A DNA stretch of 39,727 bases from a virus. Shown piece by piece: positions 23,042 through 32,854 of the stretch. The translations under genes were made by a program, and so were the position numbers. A model generated the notes under the pieces. The model was given only the letters and a program-made list of their open reading frames with translations. It had not been told where the DNA came from and did not search any database. The stretch is taken from IMG/VR virus record IMGVR_UViG_3300045988_129909, positions 1 to 39,727 of that record; one strand, written 5' to 3'. How positions within the stretch are numbered: position 1 is the first letter of the stretch; every line of letters begins with the position of its first letter.

Positions 23042-23461
23042 TTAATATTCGATAAATGCAAGCCGTACTTTATCCATAAGCACCTCACCGTTGCGAATAA
23101 GCAAGGGTGTGAACGTTATATCGGGCATATAAAACTCCCCTTGCTCATATGTGTGTGTATCAAAACAATAATGAATAATTTTCAGCTTACGTTCCTTTGC
23201 GTTTATAATACCACTATTTAAGATATTTTGCAAGGACAACAATTCTCTTTCAAATAAGGGCGGTGTATTCCACTCTAATTTTGACCTTGTGTGGTCTAAA
23301 GTGTTGCGGTGTAGTTTGCCCAAATTATCTTGATAACTGTCAAGGTCTTGCCGTTGGTTCGGAGTGGAAACATAGCTTGTTAAAGATATATACTTATTCG
23401 GTATAGGTACAGCCGTGTTATCACTCGCCCTTATTACTTTTACAAAATATGTGTCAAACAT
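23042..23461 (-). CDS. Distal tail protein candidate
   Basis: 139 aa, immediately downstream of the tape measure gene. Confidence 0.4.
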   Translation of the reverse strand: MFDTYFVKVIRASDNTAVPIPNKYISLTSYVSTPNQRQDLDSYQDNLGKLHRNTLDHTRSKLEWNTPPLFERELLSLQNILNSGIINAKERKLKIIHYCFDTHTYEQGEFYMPDITFTPLLIRNGEVLMDKVRLAFIEY

Positions 23462-23478
23462 ATGCTCCCACTCCTAAA

Positions 23479-25704
23479 TTAAAATGCACTTGCGCCAGTG
23501 CGCCGTTTAAAGTTATTGTTTTGGTTTCTAACAGCCGTGAATACCTCTCTGCCGTCAATCTGTACCGTGATAGGCTGACTGCTACCGCTTGTTTTTCCCA
23601 TAGCGTCCACAACGGCATTATATACGCCAAGGGAGACAGCTTGAACAATTTGGTCGTTATTGGCTACCGCAGTTCTGCCACCGATAGAGCCTACCATTTC
23701 AGGACCGGCTTCTCTTGCTATAAACATTTGACCCGAGCCGACAAATCCACCGTCAGCCTTTCTTTTGAAACCACTACCACGCCCTCGTTTAAGGTCGCTA
23801 AGCAAACTTTCCAACGAAGCGTTTTCGTTTAAATTTTTCCAATCGCCCGTGAATAGTTTTTTAAATTGTTGTCCTATTCCTGTAAAAAACTTTTTAAAAT
23901 CATTTACAAACGCCGTCATAGCATTATCAACTTCTGTTGTATCAAAACCCGTAAGCTTTAAAGTCAATCCTGCAATCCCAGTTGAAATATTTATCCAAGT
24001 TATAGGGCTTAATAATTTACCTATAAGCGTTACAAGTGATTTGCCCAATTTTTCCCATTCGGCAGGATTATTAAACAGGTCATAAATTGCATTAGTGACT
24101 TTTTTAAGATTTTCGGGGTCACTTATTTGGTCTGCAATCGAACCAAAAAAATCAAAAACTCCTGACGCAAAATTTAAAATCAACTTGCCCAAACTATTCC
24201 AATCTATATTTTCAATTAGATTAAATAATTCTGTCGCCAATGTATTTCCGAACCCTGCAAAATCAAAATTAGAAATAAACCCAAGTCCGAATTGAATAAC
24301 ATTACTGATTTTTTTGCCAAGATTTTTGCCTATGTGATTTTGATTGACTTTATCAACAATATCGTTAATCTTACGAGCCAATAAAGAACCCGCCATATTC
24401 CAATTGCCATATTGTATACTTGAAATGATTGCTCCTAATATTCCGCCTTTTGTTTGAACATTAGCGATTTCAAACATTTTAGAATAATCGTCACCAGCAG
24501 TAGCCGAGCCGCCCATATTGCTTGTAATATTATTGATTTCATCAAAACTCGCCAGTGCATTACGGTTAGCCTTTGCGGTTTCGTTTGCGGCTTTGGCATA
24601 TTCTTTTTGATATTTGATAGCCTTTTTAAAAGTTTTCTGCCCCGTAAGTGCGGCAAATATTTCAGCTAAACGGTTAGCCATATCAGCCAATCTGTCGACA
24701 GCTTGCTCAATGGCTGGTGTAAAGTAATTGATTATCGGTGCTGTTGCCGCTCCTATGGCATTTTTAAGATACAGAAAACTTGTAGATAGCCTATCCAAAC
24801 TATTGGCAAATCTGCCGTCAATGGCTTTGCTATACTGATATAAATTAGCCGTTCCCTCTTGTATACTCTTTGTAATGGTTTGGAATACAGAAGATAATAC
24901 ACGGTATATCAAGAAAAATTGAATACTATCCGAAATTCTCCGCAATAGCTTATGGACGCCCGTAAGAGATTTATGCGCTTTATTGGAACGCTTAAAAATA
25001 TCACTTAATGATTTTTTGCCGTTTTTGCCGACTTTATCTAAATTCGCAGAAAGTTTGTCGGTAGATTTTACTAATGGGGCTACCGCCGTCTCGGATTTTT
25101 GTGCGCTATTTGCGAAATCCATAAGATTAACCGTATTTCCTTTAGCTTTTGCACGGTTTAACTCGTTGTTTAATCGCTCAATTTGTTTTAAGAGTTTTTG
25201 AACTGCTGGGTTTGCATAACCCTCTCCGGCATTAGCCAATTCTTGTAATTGAGATTTAGCACTTGCTAAGTTTTGTGAAAGATAATCAATTTTAGCCGCT
25301 CCCGAAGTTAAATATTCCATACTCACAGCGGCTTTTTTGGTTTCTGTATCTACTTCGCTTGCGTTTGCAGAAACCTTTCTCATACCATTAGCAGCCTTGC
25401 TTAATTCATCTGATACGGTATCTTTCCATTCAAATTTTGACAATTTCACATCAGACATTTTTTCAACCGCTTTTTTTACATTTGTTGTAGAGGTTTTTAT
25501 CTTTTCGCTTTTTGCCTGTATGTTTCCGCTTATACTATCAAAAGCATTAGAGATTTTTTCTATATTAGAAAAATCCCAGCCTTTTGAAAGTGTCTGTTGC
25601 AGTTTTTCAAGCTTTTTATCGATTTCATCAATCTTTTCACTTGAATTTTTGGTATCGACTTCTATGTCAATGCCAATTCTGTCAACATCATATTCATTTG
25701 CCAT
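23479..25704 (-). CDS. Tape measure protein
   Basis: 741 aa with a coiled-coil-rich N-terminus and hydrophobic central segments. It lies between the G/GT chaperone and the tail tip genes. Confidence 0.85.
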   Translation of the reverse strand: MANEYDVDRIGIDIEVDTKNSSEKIDEIDKKLEKLQQTLSKGWDFSNIEKISNAFDSISGNIQAKSEKIKTSTTNVKKAVEKMSDVKLSKFEWKDTVSDELSKAANGMRKVSANASEVDTETKKAAVSMEYLTSGAAKIDYLSQNLASAKSQLQELANAGEGYANPAVQKLLKQIERLNNELNRAKAKGNTVNLMDFANSAQKSETAVAPLVKSTDKLSANLDKVGKNGKKSLSDIFKRSNKAHKSLTGVHKLLRRISDSIQFFLIYRVLSSVFQTITKSIQEGTANLYQYSKAIDGRFANSLDRLSTSFLYLKNAIGAATAPIINYFTPAIEQAVDRLADMANRLAEIFAALTGQKTFKKAIKYQKEYAKAANETAKANRNALASFDEINNITSNMGGSATAGDDYSKMFEIANVQTKGGILGAIISSIQYGNWNMAGSLLARKINDIVDKVNQNHIGKNLGKKISNVIQFGLGFISNFDFAGFGNTLATELFNLIENIDWNSLGKLILNFASGVFDFFGSIADQISDPENLKKVTNAIYDLFNNPAEWEKLGKSLVTLIGKLLSPITWINISTGIAGLTLKLTGFDTTEVDNAMTAFVNDFKKFFTGIGQQFKKLFTGDWKNLNENASLESLLSDLKRGRGSGFKRKADGGFVGSGQMFIAREAGPEMVGSIGGRTAVANNDQIVQAVSLGVYNAVVDAMGKTSGSSQPITVQIDGREVFTAVRNQNNNFKRRTGASAF

Positions 25705-25740
25705 ATAATCACCACCTTAATGGTTATTATTTAATATATA

Positions 25741-26465
25741 TTATCTTTTGCCTAAATTCTTAAAGAATATATAAGCTTTCAACCTCTCGGCTTTCAACTG
25801 TTCCTCGGTCATACATTCCTCGGATTGTGCCTTAAAATCGTCTGTAAACGGTTTTTCGGGATAGTCAGGTATTTTATTGGCTGTGTTCTTATCTGCCAGT
25901 GTAGCCACCAAAATGGACGAATTAAGGGCATTCTTAAACCACGCTCCTAATTCCCACCGCTCTTGTGCCTTTATTTTCTGCCTTTGTTCATAAGCCTCAA
26001 AGTCAATTTGAATTGTTTTAGGTGTAAGCCCCCAAAAGTCGGAACGCAAACCGCCTATTACTAAATATGGGAGTAACCATTCGTGATAAACCCACTCTTT
26101 GATACTCCCATACTCCTCAATAGTTTTTTGCTTTTTTGCGGTTGAGTTTATTCCTCGCTCGTTGCAGTTTCCTTGTTTTCCACCGACTGTTGGGTTGCGA
26201 GAAAAAAATCACTTTCGACAAGTGCATTGATAAGTGGCACACAATCGTCAAATGAACCACCGTTTTTAAGATGTGCCATAATCTCCGCTCCCGCTTGTTC
26301 AACAGTAATATCTCCAAACCAAGCCAAAAGCGCTCTAACGGCTGACATATTCGACTTTTTGAGAGCGGTAACACTCAATCCTAAATCTTCAAGCTCACAT
26401 ATTGCGTTGAAGTCAATCACCTTGTCGAGATTGTAGTCCTTGCTATTTATTGTTATTTTTTTCAT
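25741..26465 (-). CDS. Tail assembly chaperone GT (product of a -1 frameshift at 26202-26208)
   Basis: The -1 frame is open from about 26217 to 25741. Slipping on T_TTT_TTT joins ...LVESDFF to SRNPTVGG...EWVYHEWLLPYLVIGGLRSDFWGL.... Confidence 0.6.
26148..26465 (-). CDS. Tail assembly chaperone G
   Basis: 105 aa, between the major tail protein and the tape measure. Confidence 0.7.
   Translation of the reverse strand: MKKITINSKDYNLDKVIDFNAICELEDLGLSVTALKKSNMSAVRALLAWFGDITVEQAGAEIMAHLKNGGSFDDCVPLINALVESDFFLATQQSVENKETATSEE
26202..26208 (-). promoter_or_regulatory. Slippery heptamer U_UUU_UUU for programmed -1 frameshifting
   Basis: AAAAAAA on the plus strand. In the G frame the codons are GAT TTT TTT CTC, 18 codons before the G stop. 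Confidence 0.6.
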
Positions 26466-26513
26466 AATTAACTCCTCGGTTATAAAGAATATTCAGTTTT
26501 TAAGCCAATCAGC

Positions 26514-27008
26514 TTAGTTGTTGTCGAGCAATGACTGTGCTTTATAGGTCGGGTCAGTCGCAAATACGGGTTCGCCAGTAGGCGTAACATAGAGGGTTGT
26601 TTCATAAAGTGCATTAGCACTCGCTTCAGGTATTCCCATATGTGCAGGCTGAATAGTCACATAAGCCGATTTATCAAAGCCCGGTATATCGAAACAAAGC
26701 CAAGTTTTTTTATTTGAGGCAATGCCAGTTTCGTAAGCCGTAACCATAGCTTCCCAAATGTTGTAAAGTTCCTGTGTAAAGTTTGCGGATATTTCAAGCG
26801 CACCGCCGAGGTCTTTCAGCAACTGAACATAGGAAGTATATTCTGTGTTATCAAAAGTAGTAGCGTCTGCCGTATTCGGTGACGGGTTGAATGACGGGAT
26901 AGACTTTAAATCAGGTATATGCGTATAATCAGCGGTGGGTCTTGTTCCAGCCGTTGTTTCTACTGCATAAGACACTTTAATGCCTATTGTAGATAATGCA
27001 ATTCCCAT
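26514..27008 (-). CDS. Major tail protein
   Basis: 164 aa, placed upstream of the chaperones. The N-terminus is MGIALSTIGIKVSYAVETTAGTRP. Confidence 0.65.
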   Translation of the reverse strand: MGIALSTIGIKVSYAVETTAGTRPTADYTHIPDLKSIPSFNPSPNTADATTFDNTEYTSYVQLLKDLGGALEISANFTQELYNIWEAMVTAYETGIASNKKTWLCFDIPGFDKSAYVTIQPAHMGIPEASANALYETTLYVTPTGEPVFATDPTYKAQSLLDNN

Positions 27009-27028
27009 AGTTATAACTCCTTTATAAA

Positions 27029-27466
27029 TTATTTATTAACAGTAAGATTAAATCTTAATATACTGTAATAGGTTGTAGTGCCGTTCTCATAGGGCGTGCT
27101 GTTTGTCCATTGCGCACGGCGTGTATTTAAAATTTTCGGTATGTTTTCTTTGATAGTGTTCTTAGCAAACCAAGTGCAAAGTTTTTCACTTAACAGACTG
27201 CAAGATTTTTGTGCACTGTATTTCTTACCGCCTATATTCATTTGATTAGCCATAACAATTATTTGCAAATAGACATCTGCGACTTGTTCGCCCTCAAATG
27301 TGGTGGCTCGGTCAAGCTCCACATTATCCATAACAGCAAGTAATATTTCGGGTGGGTTAGGTTTAGAACCGTAAGGATATTGCTCTTTAATGCCGATTGA
27401 CATACTCAATTCTTTATCTTCGGCTATTCTGCCATTGATATAGCTTTTCAGTTCATCTATAAGCAT
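27029..27466 (-). CDS. Tail completion / neck protein candidate
   Basis: 145 aa. Called on position only. Confidence 0.4.
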   Translation of the reverse strand: MLIDELKSYINGRIAEDKELSMSIGIKEQYPYGSKPNPPEILLAVMDNVELDRATTFEGEQVADVYLQIIVMANQMNIGGKKYSAQKSCSLLSEKLCTWFAKNTIKENIPKILNTRRAQWTNSTPYENGTTTYYSILRFNLTVNK

Positions 27467-27469
27467 TTA

Positions 27470-27973
27470 TCACACATCCTTTTCGTCTAAATACTGCTTA
27501 ATGGCTTTTGTAGCTCCACCTTTTCTAATATGCTCGGCGGTGCGCCACATTTGTGCTTGTGCTTCCCAACCCTCGGAAAAGTTGTTGCCCCAAAACCACC
27601 CTTTAGCATTGTTGACGGTAGCTTTTGTGTCGGGGTTATCATAATAATATTCCCAACCGTTTGTGGTGTGGGTTTTGCCCGCGCTCTCAAATGTTATTGG
27701 CTCTGTAGGCAAATTGCCCTCATAAGAACCTTTACCAATCAAACCTGTACCATATTCAAGAAATGCAACCTGTTCGCCCTCGGCGGTTATCTTTGCTTTC
27801 CCATTGCCAGTGTTTTCAGCACTAACCATTATGCTATCACCGCTGTAAAGCGATTGAGCATAATCACTCCCATATTTGGAAATAACTAAGGCAAGTTCGT
27901 CACTTGTTGTCTGTTTAAGCTTTTGCAATCGGTTTCTAAAATTTGTTATGCCAGTTACAGCAACCTTGCTCAC
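27470..27973 (-). CDS. HK97 gp10-like head-tail joining protein candidate
   Basis: 167 aa. The N-terminus MSKVAVTGITNFRNRLQKLKQ is typical of gp10-family openings. Confidence 0.45.
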   Translation of the reverse strand: MSKVAVTGITNFRNRLQKLKQTTSDELALVISKYGSDYAQSLYSGDSIMVSAENTGNGKAKITAEGEQVAFLEYGTGLIGKGSYEGNLPTEPITFESAGKTHTTNGWEYYYDNPDTKATVNNAKGWFWGNNFSEGWEAQAQMWRTAEHIRKGGATKAIKQYLDEKDV

Positions 27974-28332
27974 GGCTCAACCCTCTCCAATGTGATTGTA
28001 TAGGATATTAAGTAATTGAGAACGGCAGTAACCATAGCATTGGCACCGTCACCATTGATATAATTCTTATCAGCAGTATTCGGCTCGTTGCCCTCAATGT
28101 AAAGCAAGTCGCCCTCATTGAATACATTATCAAAATAAGGCTTTTTAGCTTTCATATTCCAAACTTGGCTCAACTTTTCACCATACTGCAATGTGGCAAG
28201 ATAACCGCTTGCAGAATTGATTGACAAATAGTTAAAGGCAAGTTTGTATTCTTTCGGGTCTCCGTAAACTACTATGCCCTCGTCATTCTCACCTATTTTC
28301 TTGCAAAGCCATATTGATTGTCCGATTTTCAT
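27970..28332 (-). CDS. Head closure / adaptor protein candidate
   Basis: 120 aa. Called on position only. Confidence 0.4.
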   Translation of the reverse strand: MKIGQSIWLCKKIGENDEGIVVYGDPKEYKLAFNYLSINSASGYLATLQYGEKLSQVWNMKAKKPYFDNVFNEGDLLYIEGNEPNTADKNYINGDGANAMVTAVLNYLISYTITLERVEP

Positions 28333-28682
28333 TGCTCAACCACCGATTTCGTAACAGCTTTTGCTTTGGGTGTAATGGCAGATAACAGCGCTCTTGAAAT
28401 ATGCGCACTGTCAAAAGTATAACTCATACCATTTTCGGAATATGCCGTAACAGAAGATAGTCCGTCACGCTCTAATGTCTCTTGCATTATACTACGCACA
28501 ATGCTGACATCTCGGGCGTGTTCTTCGGGTATCTCCATTATTGTACGGTCAAAAGGAAAGGACAGCGACAAATATAAATTCAATGAGCAGTGATATAAAT
28601 CGTCAACTTGTTCTTCCGTCAAATAGCTATACTTTTTATGGAAGTCTTCTTTCATCACACTTACTAAATCATTTACTTTCAT
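28329..28682 (-). CDS. Head-tail connector (gp6-like) candidate
   Basis: 117 aa, first gene after the capsid gene. Confidence 0.4.
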   Translation of the reverse strand: MKVNDLVSVMKEDFHKKYSYLTEEQVDDLYHCSLNLYLSLSFPFDRTIMEIPEEHARDVSIVRSIMQETLERDGLSSVTAYSENGMSYTFDSAHISRALLSAITPKAKAVTKSVVEQ

Positions 28683-28720
28683 AAGTCGCTATCCTTTCAG
28701 CGTAAATTATAGATTACTAA

Positions 28721-29680
28721 TTAGCCTTTTTTGGGCTTAATCTTAATGCCTTTGAGTACAGCCGCTTTAAGAGTGTTCTTAAGGACAGTACCGGCAACAA
28801 GCTCAACCTCACCTTTCTTAACTGCTCCGGGAGCGGTCATATCGGGCATATAGGTATTGATTACGTTGTTGCCAACGGGGGAAATGCCGTGGAAAGCGTC
28901 AAGCCCAAGAGCAACAGCATATATAGCGGTCGTACCCTCTGCGGCGGCTGTAGGTGTTGAGGTCGGTATAACATCAACAGTCTTTGTGCCATTGTAATAA
29001 CCGCCAACATCCATAAGCGGAATATCGTTGTAAGCCTCAACGGCTCTGCCAAACGCGTCTTCACTGCGGGTATAATAACCAGCTCTACGAGCGGCACTTC
29101 TTAACTTAGACAGCATTTCTCTGTTCATAAGCAACATAGAGGGCTTGCCGTCAACCGCCGAAATAACGGTATCAAGTTCATCAAGGAACGCTGAGTAATT
29201 GTTATCCATATTTGCCGAGGTGGTAAGGTCTACCGCGCTTGTAAACTCATTTTCAGTACCCTCAAGCGCTTTAGCAAGTCCGCTGGTAGTATCGTTGATA
29301 GCCTTGTTATGGAAGAAGTTGGCGGTTGCTTTAATCTTCTGCTCAGCCTGAAAAGCAAGCTCATCAACAGCGCCGCTTGTATTCTGGAGAACACGGTCAA
29401 CCTCAAACGAACCACCCATAATTTCAGCCTTAGCGGTCTTTTCCTCGCGCTTAGCTTCACCGGGGGTGTACTCCGAGTTGATAGCACGAACAGCCGCGGT
29501 AGACGGGGTTTTAAGCTGAATATATCCATAAGTCAGCGTTGAACCACCTGTGCCGGGGGAAATTGCGTTGTCAAATGTCAGCGCGTCAAGCAAAAGTGAC
29601 GAACGTCTGAACATATCAATTATCTGCTGGTCGACTTTATCAGCCATACCAACCTTTGCTTCTGCAAGTGTAATACTCAT
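28721..29680 (-). CDS. Major capsid protein
   Basis: 319 aa. Called on position after the scaffold gene, size and composition. Confidence 0.75.
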   Translation of the reverse strand: MSITLAEAKVGMADKVDQQIIDMFRRSSLLLDALTFDNAISPGTGGSTLTYGYIQLKTPSTAAVRAINSEYTPGEAKREEKTAKAEIMGGSFEVDRVLQNTSGAVDELAFQAEQKIKATANFFHNKAINDTTSGLAKALEGTENEFTSAVDLTTSANMDNNYSAFLDELDTVISAVDGKPSMLLMNREMLSKLRSAARRAGYYTRSEDAFGRAVEAYNDIPLMDVGGYYNGTKTVDVIPTSTPTAAAEGTTAIYAVALGLDAFHGISPVGNNVINTYMPDMTAPGAVKKGEVELVAGTVLKNTLKAAVLKGIKIKPKKG

Positions 29681-29695
29681 AATTGTAAACTCCTT

Positions 29696-30271
29696 TTATA
29701 AAATGTTTTTATATTTCCAAATGTAGCCGTGAGCAGTTTTTCTCTGACCTATGCAACATTTTGAAATACAACTTTTGTCTTGAACACCCAAAGTATCAAC
29801 GGCGTGTTTAGCTGATTTATATTCTGCTATAAAATTACCGTCTAAATCAAATTGCAAAACGGGTATACATTTTTTCTCCCGCATTTGTTCTATGGATTGT
29901 TCATTATGGTGTCTGCCATAAAATGGATGATTTACACCCTTAAATCTTTTTGAAAGTTTTTGCTTTGTGACATCTGATAGGTGTGTATTTTTCCCGCCAC
30001 TCCTTATGTTATAACCGAATTTTTTGTCATTAGAATTAAACTTTTTTATATAATATTCTTCATAAAAGTTGGCTTCTTCTAATGATAGGTTTTCTTTTAA
30101 AACAATGTGCTCGAAATTATCCCAACCATACTTTTGTATTGCTTTCCACATTACACAGCAGGTTTCATAACCTTTCCCACCTTGTTTCCAACGATAAGAC
30201 AATTTTTGTCCAGTCTGTCCAACATAAACTTTACCATTGATTTTGTTGCGGTGCAAATAGACAGTATACAT
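29696..30271 (-). CDS. Free-standing GIY-YIG homing endonuclease
   Basis: MYTVYLHRNKINGKVYVGQT...YRWKQ...YGWDNF...EANFYEEYYI...YNIRSGG is the GIY-YIG core. NUMOD-like repeats (SDVTKQKLSKRFKG, HNEQSIEQMREK) follow. No SD sequence is present. Confidence 0.8.
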   Translation of the reverse strand: MYTVYLHRNKINGKVYVGQTGQKLSYRWKQGGKGYETCCVMWKAIQKYGWDNFEHIVLKENLSLEEANFYEEYYIKKFNSNDKKFGYNIRSGGKNTHLSDVTKQKLSKRFKGVNHPFYGRHHNEQSIEQMREKKCIPVLQFDLDGNFIAEYKSAKHAVDTLGVQDKSCISKCCIGQRKTAHGYIWKYKNIL

Positions 30272-30277
30272 ATGGCG

Positions 30278-30796
30278 TTATCTGTCGTATTTTTCGTGTA
30301 GGGCTTCTACCAATGAAGCAGGTTCTACATCAAGTTTGCCATTGCCTGCGGCGGGCGGATTGACATTATTTTTAATATCCTGCGCCGCTGATTTCTTAGA
30401 GGCACTTTCCACTCTGTCGGACATAACCTTTGCAAAAGCGGACGGTGACTGTTCATTTTCCATAAGGTATTTAATTTCCTCACTGGAAAAGCCGTTGTCA
30501 ACAAGCTGTTCTTTAGCTTTGAGAGCGGCAAGTTCTTTTTCCATTGCTTGCACTCTTGCTATTTCAGCCGCAGAGGTTTCAGCCTGTTTTTCTTCCTCTG
30601 TCTGCTTTGAAGCCTTATAATCGCTATATTCTTTTTTGATAGATTTAAGCGAATTTTCGGCTTCTGTCAGTCTGCCTTTAGCGACATAATCGCCTTTTGA
30701 TAGGTCGGCTAACTTCATTTTGGATATGATTTCGCCGATTTCTTCGGCAGTCATACCCTCTTTGTAGGCTTCGCCTAACAGTTCTTGTAGTGTCAT
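30278..30796 (-). CDS. Scaffolding protein (GP20-like)
   Basis: The ATG at 30794-30796 follows AAAGAGGA. MTLQELLGEAYKEGMTAEEIGEIISKMKLADLSKGDYV is followed by a coiled coil. Confidence 0.65.
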   Translation of the reverse strand: MTLQELLGEAYKEGMTAEEIGEIISKMKLADLSKGDYVAKGRLTEAENSLKSIKKEYSDYKASKQTEEEKQAETSAAEIARVQAMEKELAALKAKEQLVDNGFSSEEIKYLMENEQSPSAFAKVMSDRVESASKKSAAQDIKNNVNPPAAGNGKLDVEPASLVEALHEKYDR

Positions 30797-30903
30797 AGTT
30801 CCTCTTTCCTGTATCAGCCTTAATTTGTAAATCCGCAGTCGGCTCTGCGCTTGATACATTCCTACCATAAACGCTGATAGGGGAGCGAATTTATAAAAAT
30901 GCC

Positions 30904-32535
30904 TTATTCGGCAATTTTATCATTGTTCGGGTCAATTTGCTCATTCTGAACATCTTGACTTTCGGAATTGTCCGCATTAGCCACCGCATTAAAAGCGTTG
31001 TTTTCCGCGGTTTTGCGTTCTTCCTCTTTTTTCTTGTTCACATTATCAATCCACTTTTGAGCGTCAGCACACGGGTCAAGTGACAAGTTTATATATTTAA
31101 GAATAAGTTCCTCGGGCATACCAATGTTATAAAGATTAACGGCGCTTTGTGTCTTACTCAAAATATCGTCATTCGGATTGATATTATAGTGTATCTCAAT
31201 CTGACTTGCGGTCAATTCATTAACTTTTGTTTGCGGTACAGTGTGGCAAACTGCTATAAGCTGTTTGAGCAACTGATAATCGGTCTTTTCACAGCCTATT
31301 ATATCGCCTTTAATAATGGTGTAGGCATTTTCCCAACCACCACCTAAAAGCCTTGCCTTGCCAGTATCACCACCGCTTGAAGTAACGCCACTTGCAAGCG
31401 GAACGCCCGCTATGTCATAAGCCTTTGATACTCTTTGCTCATAGAATGTATTTATATCCTGCTGGCTGAATTGAATGTCAACCGTGCTGAAATCCGCGGG
31501 AGTTTCAGGATTGTTTGTTGAAATAAGAACCGCGCCACCGGCTATCATTTGGTCTACCGTGTTTTGGTCTGCTTCGACATTCTTAAATACATACAATTTG
31601 TTGGCGTTATCATAAACACAGTCGGCACAGTTTGAAACAACCATATTGATAGCATTAAACAAGCTTAAATTAAGCTCTATTATGCCTATACGCTCTTTGT
31701 TGAATATATGCTCTATAATCGGCAAATAGCGGTAACTCTCGGGCTGCGGGTGTATTTCAGGCACATTTGAACTTACAGTAATGCAATTCGGAAATGCCAC
31801 ATTGTTATATACAAAGACATTATCCCTTGTATAAACAGTAATTATATATCGTCTCCCGACAGTGTTAAATAACGCATTATCAGTAATATCGGCTATATTT
31901 ACGCAGAAAAGCTCTATTTCACCGACATATGACGAATATACAACAAAGTTTTCAAGTGGGCTAACACAATTCATAGCAAACGGAGCTTCGGTATCTTTGT
32001 CATAATCTATCGAATATGTACCGTCCACATTTATAATGTCAGTTCTCGGCTGAACAAATGATGTGCCTACGCCATATTTAAACGCGTCCTTTTTAATTTC
32101 CATAAATTCAGTATGAAAACCGCTATCGGACAAAAAGCGGTCAAATATGTGCAAATCGTCATTGCAATTGTCACTTTTATGCGAAAATTGCATTTTATCG
32201 CCCAACATAAAGTTTACTTTAAAGTCAACCTGCCGTTTTGCGTGGTTTTCAACGATTTTACTGTTGTTGTTAGACACATACGGTCTTGTTTTTGCTAAAA
32301 TATCCTGCTTGCCCTCGTAAACATCAGAAAAATATTGCATTTTCTTAATGTTTTCTTTATGCGCGGCAAGGCATTGATTGAGATAGTTTTTAAATACTGC
32401 AATGGTCTGTTCGGGTGTGCGTATTTCGTCAGGTTTTATCGGAATTTTTATCTTTTTAATACCCTGATATGAAAAGTTCAAATTATTCACTCCAAAAACA
32501 AAAAATGCAAAGCCACAGCTTTTGTGACCTTGCAC
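30904..32535 (-). CDS. Portal protein
   Basis: 543-aa frame directly after the terminase. A likely true start is the TTG at 32479-32481, 8 nt after GGAG. Confidence 0.75.
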   Translation of the reverse strand: MQGHKSCGFAFFVFGVNNLNFSYQGIKKIKIPIKPDEIRTPEQTIAVFKNYLNQCLAAHKENIKKMQYFSDVYEGKQDILAKTRPYVSNNNSKIVENHAKRQVDFKVNFMLGDKMQFSHKSDNCNDDLHIFDRFLSDSGFHTEFMEIKKDAFKYGVGTSFVQPRTDIINVDGTYSIDYDKDTEAPFAMNCVSPLENFVVYSSYVGEIELFCVNIADITDNALFNTVGRRYIITVYTRDNVFVYNNVAFPNCITVSSNVPEIHPQPESYRYLPIIEHIFNKERIGIIELNLSLFNAINMVVSNCADCVYDNANKLYVFKNVEADQNTVDQMIAGGAVLISTNNPETPADFSTVDIQFSQQDINTFYEQRVSKAYDIAGVPLASGVTSSGGDTGKARLLGGGWENAYTIIKGDIIGCEKTDYQLLKQLIAVCHTVPQTKVNELTASQIEIHYNINPNDDILSKTQSAVNLYNIGMPEELILKYINLSLDPCADAQKWIDNVNKKKEEERKTAENNAFNAVANADNSESQDVQNEQIDPNNDKIAE

Positions 32536-32554
32536 TTGATACTTTCAACCCGTC

Positions 32555-32854
32555 TTAGGGCTTATTTGTCATTTTCTGCACCGAATAACTTATTTTTCTC
32601 TTGCAGTTCGGGCAAATAATGTTTTGATTGCTGTTTTGTATGTTAAAATCTACATCAAATCCATATTTTACATAAACTTTTATAGATTTTGTATGGCACA
32701 TAGGACATTCTTTTACTACCAAAACACTGCCCCCTTTTAATTCTATTATATGCAACATTGAAAATTTGTCAAGTATTTTTTTAATTTGCTCGTCTGCGAT
32801 TAAGAATTGTGATAGAATTTTGCCGCTTTTTGAAAGATAAATATTTTTGAGCAT
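32555..32854 (-). CDS. Small zinc-ribbon protein (true start probably the TTG at 32720-32722, giving 55 aa)
   Basis: CPMCH...CPNCK. The long version overlaps terL by 74 nt. A consensus promoter and a GGGGG RBS sit inside it. Confidence 0.45.
   Translation of the reverse strand: MLKNIYLSKSGKILSQFLIADEQIKKILDKFSMLHIIELKGGSVLVVKECPMCHTKSIKVYVKYGFDVDFNIQNSNQNIICPNCKRKISYSVQKMTNKP
32745..32772 (-). promoter_or_regulatory. Consensus promoter between terL and portal
   Basis: The minus strand reads TTGACA (32767-32772), a 16-nt spacer, then TATAAT (32745-32750). Confidence 0.5.

Noticed and set aside
26117-26374. 85-aa ORF overlapping the G chaperone in a third frame
   Set aside because: The peptide is basic and low-complexity with no RBS. 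The biologically meaningful alternative frame is the -1 T frame entered at the U7 site.
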